Below are positions 1-13,200 of a stretch of 64,000 bases of DNA, in pieces; the first letter of the stretch is position 1, and every line of letters starts with the position of its first letter. The DNA comes from Malacoraja senta. Lineage: Eukaryota. The notes under the pieces were generated by a model. The model saw only the letters and a program-made list of their open reading frames with translations. It was not told the origin of the DNA and made no database searches. Both the position numbers and the translations under genes were made by a program. The DNA is taken from the NCBI GenBank assembly GCA_038087875.1, contig CM075998.1:2914001-2978000 (forward strand). Reading direction: 5' to 3'.

Positions 1-202
1 GTAAATTAGTGCAGGGATATAATGTACATATGCACATATACTCAGTCATTCAAAAGATTAAATATATTAATGGACAACTTGAATTGGAATTCATAAAAAA
101 TAGCATACAGACGAATACAACAGTCGTAAGCAATTATGCTCGATCCAGTTGAAGAGCATTATGCTTTTTTTTTGTATATCCACAAGTAATCACATGCTTT
201 GA

Positions 203-1035
203 ACACTATCCTCTACATGCAGTGTAGATATATAACTGTGCAGTGGCGGCGCCTAACGGCAGCGGCTCGACTACAGTCGTCTGTCTTTTTTTATTTTTGT
301 CTTGTTAAATGTATGTCTTGAGCTTAGTTTTTATTATTTTTTAGCTGTGTATATGTGGGGGGTGGAGGGGGGGATGTGGGGGAAACCATTAGTCTCTTCC
401 CTGTACGGGGACACGACTTTTTCCCTGTCGGGTCTCCGATGTTGTTGGGCCTAACATCGTGGAGCCGGCGGCGGCCTCCGGCCAGGATCAACCCGAGGGC
501 TCCAGTCGCAGAGCCTGCGGACCTGACATCGCAGAGCTGGCCGTCTTCGGAGCAGGGAGAGCTGTGGTGGCGCTCGGCTGCGACCCGACTTTGGAGTTTC
601 AGAAGCTCCGGCTGCAGGCCCGGTGGACAGGAACATCGGGAGCTCCAGGTCCCTGGTGGGAGACGGCTTTTCGGAGCTCCCGCAACGGCAACTTCTCCCG
701 CTTGAACCGCGGGGTTTAAAGGACACGGAGCCAGGGCCTAACATCGCCCGGCGTGGCTAAATGGCCACAGGACTTAGCATCGTCCGCCGGGGGCTTTAAC
801 ATCGGAGCCCCAGTTCGCCTAGACGCTGCAGTTGGACTGCTGGACCGTGGGTGAAGAATAAAGGGAAGAGATAAGACTTTGCCTTCCATCACAGTGAGGA
901 GGTGCTGGAGACTCACTGTGATGGATGTTTATGTAAACTGTGTTAAGTGTGGGGGTTTTTTGTAATGTAAAAAACTGTAGTAAATGAAATTTCGTTCAAA
1001 CCTAGGTTTGAATGACAATAAATAGCATTCCATTC
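203..1035 (+). mobile_element. GC-rich non-autonomous retroelement-like insertion
   Basis: CpG-rich body in an AT-rich intron, repeated ggcctaacatcg motif, 3' TGACAATAAA plus (CATTC)n tail, flanked by a 10-bp direct repeat catgctttga (193-202, 1036-1045). Confidence 0.65.
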
Positions 1036-1121
1036 CATGCTTTGACAAACGACACTATTAAATCAACCAGCATGCATTTTGACATTTTGATGCATGCAGA
1101 TGTTTATTAAATCGCACATAC

Positions 1122-1279
1122 CTGGGAGTGTTCACTTCACCAGCAGGGGAAATGCCTGGTTGTTGAGGCCGACAGAGACTCTCCTCCTGAGGAAATAAAT
1201 GCTGTTTTTCTATTACCACTGGATTCATTAACCTGCCGTTTCCAGAGCCAGGGATCAGACCTCGCAGACCAGACCGATC
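1122..1279 (-). CDS. KMT2D: KMT2D exon 33
   Basis: ttttgcag acceptor, GTATGT donor, 158 nt, phase 0 to 2. Confidence 0.82.
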
Positions 1280-4200
1280 CTGCAAAACAAAATTACTTTT
1301 AGCCCTTAAAGTGCAAACATTAAACCTCAACACAAAGTGCGTGTGACGTATTTGCGACAACATAATTTGGCACTGAAATATTGAACTCATTCTTCCCACG
1401 TTTTCTTACAAACTATCTTCAAGCTTGATCCGTTCAGTAATTTTAATACAAGAGATTCCAAGTGTTCAAACTCGAAGCATAGTCCATTTAATAATTCCAG
1501 GGAGCAAATACACGAGGCACAGCTAGATGGACAAATATAGGGACATAGACATTGGGACAAATGATTTTGCACTAAACAATTCTACAAGTGAAAACTTCAA
1601 CCTTTCCAGATGAGGATACAAAGCCTAATTAGATATCAGTTGATGGAGACCTACAGAAGAAAACCTTTATTTGAAAAGTTGTTTAAAGTATCAGATATCC
1701 AGTATCAGTCAGTACCTGAGAGAGGGGGTATGGAGGTGGTGCTCTTGTTTGCAGCTCATGAGGCTGACTGGAATTTTCTTGTGACCAATTTGTTGTAGCA
1801 GTGCTGCTACCACATGCAGCAGCCTGTTCTTTCTCCTGTCGCAAGTTATTCCGTTGAATTTGCTGACGTATCAAAAGCTGACGTAACCTCTGGCGCTGAA
1901 GAAACGCAAAGTATTTCAATTTCAACAAAATTTTCTTCTTTCACATCTGAATAGCAAACAGTTCCATTGCCACAGGTTGACAATGCAACAATAACAGTGT
2001 TTGTTTATCAGCTCAAGGTTACAGAAGTCAGATCTAACTTTGCCAATGCCCCCTATCAGCTGGCTGAATGTCCTCAGTCCACACATTACTTTATGGTATA
2101 TTGAGGGTTTTACAAACCAGGATCCAACGCCACTCACAGAACTACGTCAAGTAGCACAATTTTTCTATCGTTGGGTGAGGGGGTGAAGTAACATTTATTT
2201 ATGTGATGCTTTTTGTAACCCCGGGACCATGAAAAACACTTTATAGCTAATTAAGGTCTTCTTAACAAGTGCAGTCCCCACTCTATTGTAGGAAATTAGG
2301 TGGCAATCTTTTGCACAACATGCTTCCACCAAAAGCAATGTAATAATCACCAGATCATGCATTTTACTGGTTACAGGTCATTATTGTCCAGCAGATAATT
2401 ATTGTCCAGAACATTGAAAACCTGCCTGTTCTGGTTCAAAATAATGCCATGGGACTTTTAAATCATCCAGAAGGAGCAGGCAAAATCTCAATTTAAATGT
2501 TTCATTTAAAATACATCAGCTCAGCACAGTGGAGCAGCTGGTAGAGCTGCTGCCTCACAGCGCCAGTCAGGCTTAATCCTGACCGTGGGTGCTATCTGTG
2601 TGGAGTTTGTATGTTCTCCTTGTGACCACATGGGTTTCCTCCCACATCCCAAAGACTTGTGGTTTTGTACGTCAATTGGCTGCTGTGAATTGCCCCCAAT
2701 GTATAGGGGGCTATATATATAGAAAGTGGGATGACACAGAACTAGGGTGAACGGGTGATCGATGGCAGTGTGGTCTCGGTGGGCCAAAGGGCCTGTTTCC
2801 ATGCTGTACCTCTAAACTAAACTCAGATGGTGTAGCAACTTTCTCCTACTGTGAACGCATATGCCGCCCAGTATGCCATATTGACACCTTTAACTGGTCT
2901 TTTAATACTTAACATTTCACAGTTCCTAGTAGTCTACTGGGATAACGTCAGTTAAACATCAGTAACATGGTAGTTAAGTACATGCACCCACAAGCGTACT
3001 CCAATGTTACATATCATTACCTGTCTTTGTTTCTCAAGCTCCGTCTGACTAAGATTTCCTGTTTGTGCTCCCCGGTTGAATGGAAGATCATGCAAATCTC
3101 TGCTGGGAGATGCTGGAGTGTGGACCTGTGTGGAACTCTCGCTGCTTCTCTCTGATGGAGATGAATTACTCACTGATCGACTGTTAGAAGAAGTCTGGTA
3201 TGGGCAATCTTGCTGTAAAGGTAGCGTATCTTGCTTGATCAAGGATGGCCTTAAAGGCATATTGGTGAAAGCTTCATCTCTTGCAACAGATGCTGCATCT
3301 TGAGGTCCTGACTGATTACTGGCATTGAGTTGAGAGCAATGAGCATCAGTTACATTGAGCTGATTTCCCATTAGATGACTTGGTGGAAAATTATTTGTTC
3401 GAGGCATTTGGGATACTGACTGCTGAGAATGGGATTCTTTAAGCATATCTCCAGGTGAAGAAGTGAAAGGAAATTGATTTTGTGGTTGACCGCTGGCGAA
3501 TGTCTTGGCACATGGCTCAAAAGTGTGAGGCCTTGGAGACTGGGGCTGCATTACATAAGCTGCTTTTGGATGTGGGTCACTGTGCTGAGAAAACATTGCT
3601 GAATGCTGAATGGTACTACTTGGCACTGGTGAGGATTTAAATCCAGTGTCAACCATTTGGGATCTCTGCGGTTTGTGAAGCTGAGCATAAGGATCTCTTG
3701 AAGGTGGCCTTGAGTAAGGATCTGGTGATTGGAATCTGGAAGCAATGGGAGATTGAGGAAATGCCTCATTGGAATGCGGCCTGGGTGTCAATGGTGAACT
3801 GCATTGAGACTGCGGACTCATTGGTACCCTGGAGAGAGAATCAGCTGGAAGTGATTTAGGAGGTAATGGAGAACAACTCTCACTGGATGATGGTCTTGGT
3901 GGCAATGAAGATTGATGATATGGATCAGAAAATGGGGTGGAAGGGGACTGGCGGTACAAATCGGTCTGGCTCTGTGGCGAGACACCCTGAGATTGAGGGT
4001 GTAGTTCCTGAGAACGTTGAGTAGGTACTGTAGGTGTTTGGTCCACATATGATGATCTGGGAGTTAAAGGTGCTTTGAAGATATCTCTATCTCTCCCATC
4101 CGAAAGTGACCGTACATTCATATTCGGATCCAACATTGCAGCTCTGTAAAGGGATGCCAAGGAATTTGTACTCAAATCTTGTCTCATAACTCCTGCAAAC

Positions 4201-7200
4201 TGTTCATTTCTTGGATGCTGTGCTCCAATTTCTGTATCTGTAAGTCGCCTTAACTGGTCACTAGTTGGTGATGCCAGCGTTAATGCTTCAAGTGGCTTTG
4301 TGTAGCAGTCTGTCGACTGTGATGATCGAAATCCTGGACTTCCTAAAGGCTGATCAATTGTATGGGTATCATGTGATTCACCAAGCATTCTAGATCGGAG
4401 GAACGAGTCTGGGGCGAGAGGATGCTGATGATGAGACATCCCTGGCACGGCAGAGTGTAGCTCTGAAGAGGCAAGTAACTGTGGTCGGCCTGGAACAACA
4501 GGGCGAGGTACACTTGACTGGTGATGAGAACTATTCCATGCCGATGCTTGACTTGGATTACTGGAAGACTGAACATTTGGTTCCTGAGGATACGATGATA
4601 GTGAATGCCCAAAAGGATCTTGGGCTACAACCCCAGTCGGAGACTGCAAATGCAAATTCGGGAACAAGTCACTGCTGGAGTCCTTTGGGGATGGGCTGGC
4701 TGTCTGCAGTTTGACAAATTCATTAGTCGAGGTAGCAAAGGATTTATTACCATGTAATGAAGCATTCTGGCCTAAACCTTCAATCCTCATTTCTGCTGGG
4801 GAACCAGAATTCCCCACAACTAATGTTGCTGGAGTGAGACTGGTGACTGTAGGACTCGGAGTCAGGCCATGCGGATGACGGGGTGGTTTACGATCCTGCT
4901 TTGACTCTTGTCTCTCAATTTTCGGCTGCTTGTTACCTTGCATGTCAACCTGCTGCAAAAAATAAAGAACAGATTGTATTTCATGTTAATCGAGGTGGAC
5001 CAAGGTGGAAAAAGACAAAGCACACATCAGGGCATCACAGGCTGCCGAATAAGAAAGTAATTTTCAGTAAAAGCACGACTACAAGCTAGATAACTTCAAT
5101 AACATCAAGTTTATTTACCTTTTGTGCTTTGTTAATGCGCTGAGCTGCCCTGTTGTCTTTGGCCTTTTGCTGAAAAGCAAGATAGATTCTGAATTAAACA
5201 AAATAATATTTTGAGGATCAAAAGAATATTTATCATCAACAAAATCTGTGCAAAAAAGATGCTTTGCAGTTCAAGTCAGCAGAGATTTTTATCTGTAGAA
5301 TGACAATTGGTCTCAAAAACCACGCATGGTCATAACTCAATTTCCAATCCAACCAAGCATGGTCATTGCCCACTAAAATCAAGGACACCAATTATCTTTT
5401 CAAGCTTTTCCAATAAATAAAAAACACTAATTGGATATGCAACGTATCAGCACATCTAATCCATATAACATCTTTTAAACTACATCTCCTTCAAGGAAAC
5501 AATAAAAAAAAAAACACAATTATTTTATTTTACCAAAGCAGTTTTTAGTGCCAATGCACAGTAATCCAGCTGTGCAAAAACCAATGTTGTATAATAGAGT
5601 ACCACATCGGGGCATAGAATACAAGTGTAGGGAGTAGTTGGTATAGTCTCATTGAAGAGAAGGAATAGATTGGAGACAGGTTTTGCTTCGACTCCCTACC
5701 GAACACTGGAAAAGCGTGAAAAAAAGTGACCACAAAAAGACCCTCTCAACACTTTAGGAGAGATTCTTCCATTCAAAGGGAAGCCACAAACCTGACTGAG
5801 ACTAATCACCGTTTGTCTTGACAGGTAGTGTTACAGTGCAAGGTAAGAGTAGACGTACTTTGTCTATGTGATTACGAATCTGAATAAAGTCTGCATTTTG
5901 CTATTTATCGTAGTGTGACTCCAGCATATGTAAATATGGCGTAACATAAATTCGTACTGAATAAACGTATCTGTCAAACCATTAATCGAATTTATTCAGT
6001 AATTAAATGTGGGTAATCACATATAGCACCATATCGAAATGCATTTTAGCAAGTGTGCAAATGAACATAAAATCACCCTCTAGAGCCAAAAACACCGATA
6101 CCTCTGGATGTAACCACAAAACGACTTTAGGGAAAAAGTATAAACTTCCTCTCATTGCTTTGCTCAATTACTCTGTATGGAGAAATACAACCAGAATTTT
6201 TTTTTTCTCTCTCTTTACATTTGTACCAAAAATGTTTACTCTGATGAGATCTCAAGATAGTGTGCCACAAGGAGATGCGCACTTACCAGAAATGGTGCTT
6301 TATCAGCTGCTGGTACCTTCCTCCAAATCTTAGTGATCTGTTTACAACGACTTGCCCAATCTGAAGAAATTACCACAGGAAAAAAAAATCAATGACTTTC
6401 TACTTATTTAAGATTACCAGCAATTAAAATGATAATATTTAAATATTTTCATAATCTATTCCACAACTAAATCTACATTGAGAATCTTGTTAATTAACTA
6501 ATTACACATTAACGTTCACATGCTGGAAATCTGAAATAAACAAACAGAATATGTTGCAAACACTCCCCAGCATCTGTGGAAAGAGAAACAGCCATAGCAT
6601 TTGTAGTTGTAGACAGTTCGTCAGAACATCCGATTAAAAGTTTTTCAACCTAAAATGTTAACAGTTTTTCATTCAACTAATCTTATAAACTAGAAATTAG
6701 AGATAGCATACCTGGGTAATCCTGTCTCAAGTTAGGGAAATTGATATTTGCGTAGAGAACGGGTGATATGGTTGATAATTCTCCCAAAGCCTCATCTTTT
6801 TCCCATCTCAATATACTTCGCTGGTTATACGAAAGTCCATCGCCTTCTCCCTCCGTGGGAGTGGTGGGTGTGGTCGGAGTGGTTGGGGTAGCTGGGGTAG
6901 CAGGAGTTGTCCACGGGCTCTGTTGCTCTCCACTGTCTGGGCTGAAAGGAATACTCCTTTCCCTGCACATCAATCAAAGATGTTATTTTATGCATCCTCA
7001 ATGCGTTTTGTACTTTAAAATCTATCCAAAATAAACCTATTTGGCCAGGGGAACATAGGCATAGGAATGACAGGTGTTACATGATTGAAGAATAGCATGT
7101 TGTATTTGGGATTCAGTAGCTGCCACTGATGCATAAACGGTCACTGCTGTAGCTCTGCACCTATACCTGACGAAGCAATTGCAAGATGGGATATGATATA

Positions 7201-10200
7201 TCTTTAAGGTGGTACATAATTCAATATTCAGTCATGATTCGCATCTTCCCATTCACCTGTCACTGTTATGAACTCAGCAAATGTTAGAATGAACAGTTTT
7301 GAGGAAGGAGCTGAGATGAAGAGTTTGTTTGGGGCACTCACAACAGATTCTAAGCCAGGGAGCTTGCATCATTTCTGAAATCTGATGATTGATTATTGGT
7401 ATCTTCACAGCTTAACTTCAATTAAGCTTTTTAGCCAATGGTGTAAGTAGGGTTTTTGAGCGAGTGACACAGCAGGAAATTATCACCATGCTGAGGTGAC
7501 AGGCCAACCTTTTAGTGGTTAATTTCAGCACTACTCCTGCACATTCTTCATAATGGGCTCCCTAAATTTGCACTGTTTCTTCATTGCAAGTATGTACTCT
7601 ACAGATCCAGCTGGCTGGGAAAAACCTTGAGAAGACGTGATGAACATATGACATTACACAATGTTCAATTTGCAAGCTGTTTTGCTTGCTTTTCCCGAGG
7701 CTCTTTCTGCAGCACATGTTGGGACTATGATCGGAGAAGCAAAATTGAGCTGTCATAACAGCTTCAAATCTGTTAATAATCACTAGCATTATTCGTAAAG
7801 GAGACCAAAAATAAAATCATGACAAAAATTACCTGCTTTCAAGAAATGGTGACCGACAGACATTGGGAAAAGACTCTCCTGTTGCACATGAAGCCTGCGC
7901 CAGAGAACCACCAAGAGCAAGTTGCCCAACAGCCACTGCCCCTCCTAAGGAACATAACAGAAAATAGAATCCCTACTTAGGTCCAAGATGCATAAGGTAC
8001 ACAGAGGATATAAGTGGAAGTAGCCTAACAAATGTCTTGAGTTATATGCAGTTTACATTACCTATTGCTTTAGCTAATAACAGTTACTGTGAATTCAAAC
8101 GTAATAGTAACTTTCCTTAGCCACGATTGTCCATGACTATCTCCTTCAATGAACATTTCACATTTTCACTGTCCAAATTGTCACTTTGTTCCAGATTTCC
8201 GTACTACCAGGAATCCTTCCCAATTTATACACAATTCTCGATTATTTTCAAGTCAATCACATCATCCTATCAACTCTTCTTCTCCAAAGCATGTTACCCA
8301 TGCATACCAAGCACTTAATAACTCCGTATCATAATGACTTGTCACTTTGTTTTCTCTTAAGGCCAGCACATCCTTAATGTTGCTCCTCCAATGCTCATAT
8401 ATTACAATCAGGTAAGGAAATAGCCAGAGAGAGGAGTGTACTCAGGAAATATTTTGGGCATGTCAAACTTCCAGAAACATCTATTAGGGTAATACTTATT
8501 TCAGTTCTTTTTGGGTAGCATGCATGCAAGGACATGGAACTGGGGCTTTTAAATATTAAGGACCCACACGGCCACATGAGAGAATCCACCGAGAACTGGA
8601 ACGTCTGTGCAAAAAAAGGACTTGGTGGCTGCAACAGGGACAGCTGTATATAGTCATACAAATGGCAAGCATACTGAGATGCTTGGAATCTGCAGTGTCT
8701 CAGATGCATAACCTAAATCCCAGCATAATGAACATGCAGGGGAAGAAAGGGCAAATAGCTAATAGGGTTGCTCCTCATTTTCAATGGGGTGCTAGCAAGT
8801 AGTCCAGAGAGTATGGGACTCTTTTAATGGTACTCCCATTTTATAAAATGGGGTCAAGGAAAGAGCATTCACGTCACGGCCCTGTTTCCACCAATCTTTC
8901 CACCACCGCGTACAAGAAACGACAAGACAGACACCATTGTATGCAGATGCCGAGAAGTGTGTCCAGCTCTGGCTGAACAACTTCTAATCTTGTGTGTGGA
9001 CTCAATTAGAAGATTTCATAAAATAATGTATTTTGACAACCAACGATCCTAGCTAAAGCAACCCGCATTGTTAAGACCAAACACGAGTTCTTTATTTCGT
9101 ATCATCTCAAAATCGTTCAAGTCCTTTAAATTCAGGATCTCTTTCACTATCGCCAAAGGTTCTCTTGCTCTCCTCTTTCACATTTTAGCAGATAAGGGAA
9201 CTTTCAAACAGAATGAACTAAGTGCTTGGGGACACAGAACAACTGTCAGGGGCAGACTAGAGCAAGTGAACAAACGAGCAAGTAAATGAACAAGAGAGAC
9301 AAAGAAATAGAGCAGGAAAACTTGGAAACCTGACAAAGCTTTTCCAAGTCTCTGCATTAACCAGTGCTAGTTCTTCCCAAACTAGTATTCTATACAAATA
9401 TAGCCGTAGGTAGCACTCACACACTAGCTGTATCTTTAATTGTGCATACAATCGAAGGAGAGACAGACTACAAAACCCCTAGGTAGGACATTTAAACTCA
9501 GCGTTGCAGAACAGCATAAGATAAAAGATGAGACAACAAAAGAATGTGGGCTTTCCTCAGTTGAAATTAATTGTAGATGAATTGGAATGAAACAAGTAAT
9601 GTGCAAGAGAATAAAAAAGAGAAAAACTAAAACTAATATGGTTCAATTTGCTGCCAAGTATTCTATTAAATGGAAGACACACAAAAAGCTGGAGTAACTC
9701 AGCGGGTCAGTCGGCATCTCTGGAGAAAAGGAATAGGTGACATTTCGGGTCGAGGCTGAAGAAAGGTCTCGACCCCAAACGTCACCTAATCCTTTTCTCC
9801 AGAGATGCTGTCTGACCCGCTGAGTTACTCCAGCTTTTTGTGTCTATCTTCAGTTTAAACCACCATCTGCCGTCCCTTCCTACACATTCTATTAAATGGT
9901 CCAATACGTGCTAGCTAAGACCTAACAATGTTAAAAAATACGTATTTCCTTTACCAGAAAGAGACTGCTGGCTTAATGAAGGTCTGATGAGTTCGCCTAA
10001 CCCATGAGAAGTGAGAAGATGACTTTCAGAAACTGTTTTGACACTACTCAGTGTTGATTCAGGAAGTGGATGATTTCCCTGTGATCCCAGAACATCAGTG
10101 AAGAGCTGCTGTACGTCTTTACTCTCCATTTGTGCCAGTTCTGATGAAGAAAGATGTAACATTGAAGCTGCTGTATCAATTAAATTATTAAACATTTTCT

Positions 10201-13200
10201 AAACATCAACATGCTAGAAACTTAATCAGATAAAAACATATAAATGAATACAATGCTTTGTCACCAACTCCTTGTTGGTCCAATGTATTCTTTAAGAATC
10301 AACTAGTTTTCAAAATGGACTTTCATAATCTGCCTTTGGGTGATTAGCATAGACAAAACAATGCTACAACTCTCCCTCTCAAATGCTTGGAAATAATATC
10401 TTGGGTACTGAGTGCTATATTCTACGTGGAACAAGTCGAAGAGTAGGAGGAAGGAGGGAGTGTAGCGAGAGAAACTAACCAAAAATTCCTGAGAATCACA
10501 TTGGCAAGTTTAGTGCCAAGAGCAATAACGCTTTTATCAAAGAAAAACATGCCAAGGCACTTCACATATTTGTTACCATGCAAACACAGACATCAAATAC
10601 TATAAAAATAAATAGCAAAGAGGTTGGTAAAAAATGCGGTTTAAGGCAAGCCCTGAAAGGAAATAAATACTAAAAGAACATAAGTGCTTTCTGGTTGCAG
10701 AGAGGTTTGAATTTCAGCACAACTAATGGCAAAGTCAAAAGGAAATGTTATTTTGGAAAGTGAGGATGACAAAGGGATACGCAAAACTGAATAATGTATC
10801 AAATGCCTTAAAGATTGAATGAGAAATCCAACAGCAGATGGGCTGCAGCAGAAATTGAGTCAACTGAGGTGATGAGATAGAAGTAAACCATCTTAGTGGA
10901 GGACAACACAAGGTAAAAAGCTTAGCTTCAGAGGTTTATTGAAGCTACATGCTTCCTGACTGAGGCAGAGACCAAGGTTGGGAACGGGTACGGGAACAGA
11001 TTTTTTTTTTTTTTGATTTAAAAAAAAAAAAATGAAGGTATCGTAGACTGTGACTGGAATCAAAGGCATTAACTTTGGATCTCCCTACACTAACTGGAAG
11101 AAAGCATGACTTTGCCAAACCATAGACATTCAATACAACCGAGGAGAAAGTGAAATTATATCGCATCATTGGCAATAGCAGCTTCAGTTATGGCTATTTC
11201 CAGGGCCAAAGCGTTGATTGGAGAAATTCAAATTTTAAAATGTGGAAAGGTAAACAGATTTGGAAGATAACACCACCTTTAAAGACTAGACATGGGTCAT
11301 TGCAAATAGAAACGTAGTTTGCAAGGACAGAGGTGTCAAGATTGATTTTTTAAACTAAAAAGAATTTGGTCTTTTTGAAATAAGACAAAATCAACATTTG
11401 AGGAAACAAAACCATTTATGTCAGTTGGCATAAGAGTTACGTTATAGGCAAACAAGTTATATGCCTGAATAAGCAAGTTAAGCAAGTGCTAGAAAGGTTC
11501 AAGGGTTCATATTAGGGAAAACAAGATGGGTTGAGTGAAAGGGAGAGATAAATGGTCAGGGAAAGAATAGCAGTCAGTTTGAAAGTCCAACTCCAGGTGA
11601 CTTGTCACTTTTAATATTTTACTTCAGTATTTTAAAAGGTTATATGGACAAATATTAAAACTTTAGAGAAAACATTGGACAGTAACTCTATGCATCCTTA
11701 ACTTGTAAAATATAACTTCAACAAAACCCAAAAGCAATTCCAATCCAATTGACCCCAGCATCTGTTTCAAACAAATTCTAATACCTACCCTCGGTTACAA
11801 TCTTGTCAAGATCAGAGCTGAGGGCACCCTCCACTGGAGCATCATTAAAAGCTTGGTTTCGCTTTGAGTTCTCATCAGGATGACTGGAGGAAAGCTCATC
11901 CGTAATGGATGAGACGTCAATCCCAGCTTAAAGAAAGGAGCACCATAAGTTACTGAACAGAATTTTTGGCAGCATGCAAACAAAATGGAGTTTAAATTTC
12001 AGGTACATAAAACAGACGGGAAATGGGAGGAAAATAGAGGATGACTCCTCAGATACAAAGTTAAATATGAATTTTTTTTAAATTCCGCCAAAGGAAACAA
12101 CAAAAAGTTTTAAAAAATGATAAACATCTACTGATTTGTGGGAAATTAGTCAAATAATAACAAATCCAAATCCAAAATATGACGACTGATACTGTTAACA
12201 CTCACAACAACATAATGGCAGGTTTCAGTCTTAGGCCTGCTTATCAATTAAATTCATCAGCAGTCCTATTTCCACTCAAAATACAAGGTGGAGCACAACA
12301 CAGCGAGACTCTTTACTCATGGTTGGGGAAACAGACTACGCGCAACAACATATTACAACAATTATTGCTTCATGTTCAACATGGAAATTTAATGGCTTTG
12401 TCATCTTCAGCCCATGAACGAAGGGAGCAAAACTAAAAAATGATCAGCATTTGTAATTTAAAAGGTCCTTTTAGGAAGTGAACTAAAGCTCCCTCAGTGG
12501 CTCAGTTGATGAAATCAATGTCTACCAACTATCCAAACCAGTGATTGTGTGCTATTGCTTGCTTATAGTTGGAGCGGTATAATTGGCCTCTGTGCCCTCA
12601 AACAATAAAAAAAAGACTAAAATAAATACAAGCTAAGGATTTGCTATGAAATAATTTTCCTAATTTTAGTGAGATTTCAATAACAGTAATTAAAGCATGC
12701 ACAACTTAGATTTCAAGAAGAAATCTACATTTTCCAAATCGTTATAAAGCTAGAAAGAAACTATAAAAATGTATAAAATATGAATTAAATTTAGGAAATG
12801 CTCAAACTGGTAAAGCTAAGAACGGCACCATGTTCAACTTCTCAATGATTACCTATCTGGGCAGATGAACTGTAAGTTATCATAAGAGAAAGAGGGTAGC
12901 ATTTGGCATGGTGACTGCAACAAACATGAGCAACACACCAGATAAAAGCCAATCCTGAGAAATGTTGAGGCAATGCATTTGGACAAGTACATGACAAATA
13001 GTAAAATACAGAGGCATGGAAAAAGACCTCGAGGAGCAGGCCCACTATTTTCTGAAGGCAGCAGAGTAGTTAACGTGGTGATTAAGAATGCTCAGAAGAT
13101 ACTTTTCTTTACTGGCCGAGATACAAAATACAAGGTAAGGTATGGGGAAGGAAGGAAGGACAATGTGCGAGCACTAACATAGTTTCAGGAGAGGAACCAA

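Noticed and set aside
355-916. Short ORFs in the GC-rich element
   Set aside because: Overlapping on both strands with no recognisable domain; expected from high GC content.
2523-2600. tRNA gene
   Set aside because: It is the degenerate tRNA-derived head of a SINE, continuous with the V-domain and LINE tail; no complete cloverleaf.
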